DNA of 63,021 bases, the filler included, from Sphacelaria rigidula (Eukaryota), in NCBI GenBank assembly GCA_964200075.2. It is 8 parts of 8 records of this genome, joined end to end, with 100 filler letters (N's around TTAATTAATTAA, not from the genome) between each part and the next. Parts side by side here need not be neighbours in the genome. Positions count along the whole stretch, not along the records: positions 55,234 to 63,021 come from CAXNAA020013454.1; 7 more parts are not named here. The stretch is one strand, 5' to 3'. Made by a program: the position numbers and the translations under genes. The notes beneath the pieces were generated by a model. The model did not search any database, was not told the origin of the DNA, and worked only from the letters and a program-made list of their open reading frames with translations. Numbering within the stretch: position 1 is the first letter of the stretch; each line of letters starts with the position of its first letter. Below are positions 60,620 through 63,021 of this stretch, in pieces.

Positions 60620-63021
60620 ACACACACACAACCCCCCCCGCGCAAGCCCCCACGAGCNNNNNNNNNNGGAAAAGACAGGGGTTCTTGGGGGAAGGAAAAA
60701 ACAAGTTGGTCCCTTCTTTTATGGCCCCCCCCCCCCCCTCCCGCTCCCCGTCAACCACACACATACACACGCGGGGACAAGCCATTTGGTCTTACGTGAT
60801 TGCTGCTCTTGCAATACTTCGTACATCACTTCCTACGGGCCCGGGGCGTAGGTGAGGTTTGGTTTGGTGAGCCTATAAAAACCCTGTCAGGTGAACGCCT
60901 TGGTTTAAATCCGAAAGCGTGACGGCAAAATTGGCTCAATATCTCAGGTGACTTGATTTTAGTACGAACCGTACGTAGCAAGCTGCGTTCAGTACGGTAT
61001 ACTGTTCTGCTCATATCAAATGCAGAAATCTCCTGTGAGGTTCATCCAACAAATATCCGCAGCTGATCTGCACGCCACGTGAAGTTATTTGTGGGAGGTT
61101 TGACGGGATTTCGTCCATACCGCGACTTGAGCAAAGAGACGTCATGAAACGAGGAGATCAAAGTTTTTTTCCTCTTGGCTTGAATGTGCAGCCTGCACTG
61201 GGTATTCACCACTGACTACCCAGTGCTGTGTCGGACGAAGGAAAATGGCGGTTAGGCCGTGTCTCGAACGAACTCCGGCGGCGAAATTGATTTAGTTGGT
61301 ATTACTGTGTTCATACAGGGGAGAACTTGCACGGTTCCGATCAAGGACGCTCAGCGACGAAATCGATTTAGTTTGTATTGCTGTGTTAAGGTCCTGGTGA
61401 ATTTGCACGCTTTCGATCGAAAAAGCTAATCGACGGTCGTGAAGCCGTACTTGCTCACTTGGAGTCACTACAGACAGTACAGTACAGTGCTGGCTGGCTG
61501 TACTGTGTGCACACACAGTGTGCGTTTCGTACAGTAGGACGTGAAGAGGGGGGCACAGTATGGTACAGACAGCATGGGGCTGTCCATACTCTCTTCACAC
61601 AGGGGAATGTAAAGACGATTTGAACAACGTGCAGTTTTGTACCGCCTGTACTGTTGTCCATGAGCGTTTCCGCAACTCGGCCGTCCAACCCGCGCAGTTC
61701 CGTCGTCGATCCCCACCATGAAAAATATGCTACATTTTCGCGGACGAGGAATAGAGACATCGTTCCCAACTACTGCAGTGTATTTATACCTGTGCTCAAC
61801 TCGTGCTCTATGCTGCTGGGTTGCGGTGGTGGCTGATGATGAGTTGTGTGGGATTTGCATCGTGCTGTGAACGGGTGATACCTGGCGTATTAGTGTGTAA
61901 CATGAAAGTCGAGTGCCCCTTCGTACGTTCCCTCCGCGTTCTTTCGATCGAAAAAGCTCACCTACTCTGTTTCCAAGCTGCCCATCGCGCGCAAATTATT
62001 ATAAAATGAAGTTGGAGCCATCTAAGGCCGCTTCTTCTTGACTGAAAACGTCTCTGAGAAAAGACATTTTGCACGACTTTTCTCAGAGACTTTTTCCGAG
62101 GAAATCAGTTTTCAAAACCCCACCTTATTGGCTATGAGAAAATCCTGGAGATTTGTACACCCGAGGTCATCATCTAGTCTGCGTGCAGACGCTAGTAGTG
62201 GTAATCGTTTGCATTTTGTGCTTGTGCCACCTGCGGTAAACCGACACGTGAATAATCCTGTCGAGGTACAGGATGGGATGGGATGGCAACACACACACAC
62301 GCACAGTAGCTGCTGGAATAGGGATCGAAATGATGGGCGTATCAACCCTTACTTCGGCCGATCGCCGCTTGGTACAGTAGTCGTGTCGTAAGCGGTGAAA
62401 TGTGTGCAGCAGACGGTTTGTGCCTATCGCGCACAACAAATTCACATGACAGTTAGAAGTGCGGTAGCAACCGTATTTTGACTCCAAACAAGTACGCAGA
62501 TGACATGATGCCCGTCTCAAGAATATGCGGGAAAACTGTATACCCGTAAGTGCCGTACAAGGGTCGGAGAGAGCTTGGATTCGCCGGCAACGGCCATGCG
62601 CAGCGCAACCGCCCTGCTCGCTGTGTTTTTGTTTTTGTCGATCGTTTGTTCGCATCTCTCATCCTTGAACACCGTTCACATACCTCAAGTAATCTTGAAC
62701 CACAGACTGGCAACTGAGACAGTTCAGCTTGCGCTGTATAGCTATCACACACACCTACAAATGTTCTTCAGTGTCACGTTGAGCACACCTGCTGTCGACA
62801 AACGATGAGCGGTGGAGTCGAACGCACGACCAACTGATTTTGCACCATTTACGAAACTTGTAGGTAAAACTTTGAACCCCGATGATGGCGCAAGACCAGT
62901 ACTACTAGCATGAGCAAGGGAATCTCGCCGAGTTTCGTACAGACAGCTATCTGCGATCGCGTCCCCGAGGGCAGAATGGAGAATGAGTCTCTCGGTTGAA
63001 AAAGGGCCGATGTTTGCCGTG

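Noticed and set aside
55234-63021. Scattered exon-like segments in the last contig (e.g. ~56165, ~61192, and signal-peptide-like ~62597)
   Set aside because: No phase-consistent gene model or recognisable domain could be built

Overview
Eukaryotic genomic DNA, most likely a brown alga (Phaeophyceae). This is inferred from the long GT-AG introns, stramenopile-like proteins and repeat content. The window is not contiguous: it is eight unlinked ~7.79-kb contigs (7792, 7791, 7791, 7791, 7790, 7789, 7789, 7788 nt, size-sorted) joined by artificial 100-nt N/TTAATTAATTAA/N linkers, so nothing can be inferred across linkers. Host genes were reconstructed by hand from splice sites: a partial CFAP70/TTC18-like gene, a partial DnaJ gene, an intronless FANCB-like ORF head-to-head with a Rab-like GTPase, a partial EF-hand/RCC1-like gene and a complete 3-exon PKR1-like gene. 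Mobile DNA includes a Ty1/copia RT fragment, PIF/Harbinger MITEs, long-TIR foldback elements, a tandem pair of tRNA-derived SINEs and (TAA)n-tailed retroposon ends. The highlight is contig 3, almost entirely a multi-intron, decayed Replitron-like HUH-endonuclease transposon (ERGG..HVQG and GYCSKD motifs). It carries AT-hooks, an in-frame GC-AG intron splitting the catalytic domain and intronic repeat arrays. A pre-miRNA-like hairpin lies in the DnaJ intron. All protein family calls come from motif recognition, not database searches.
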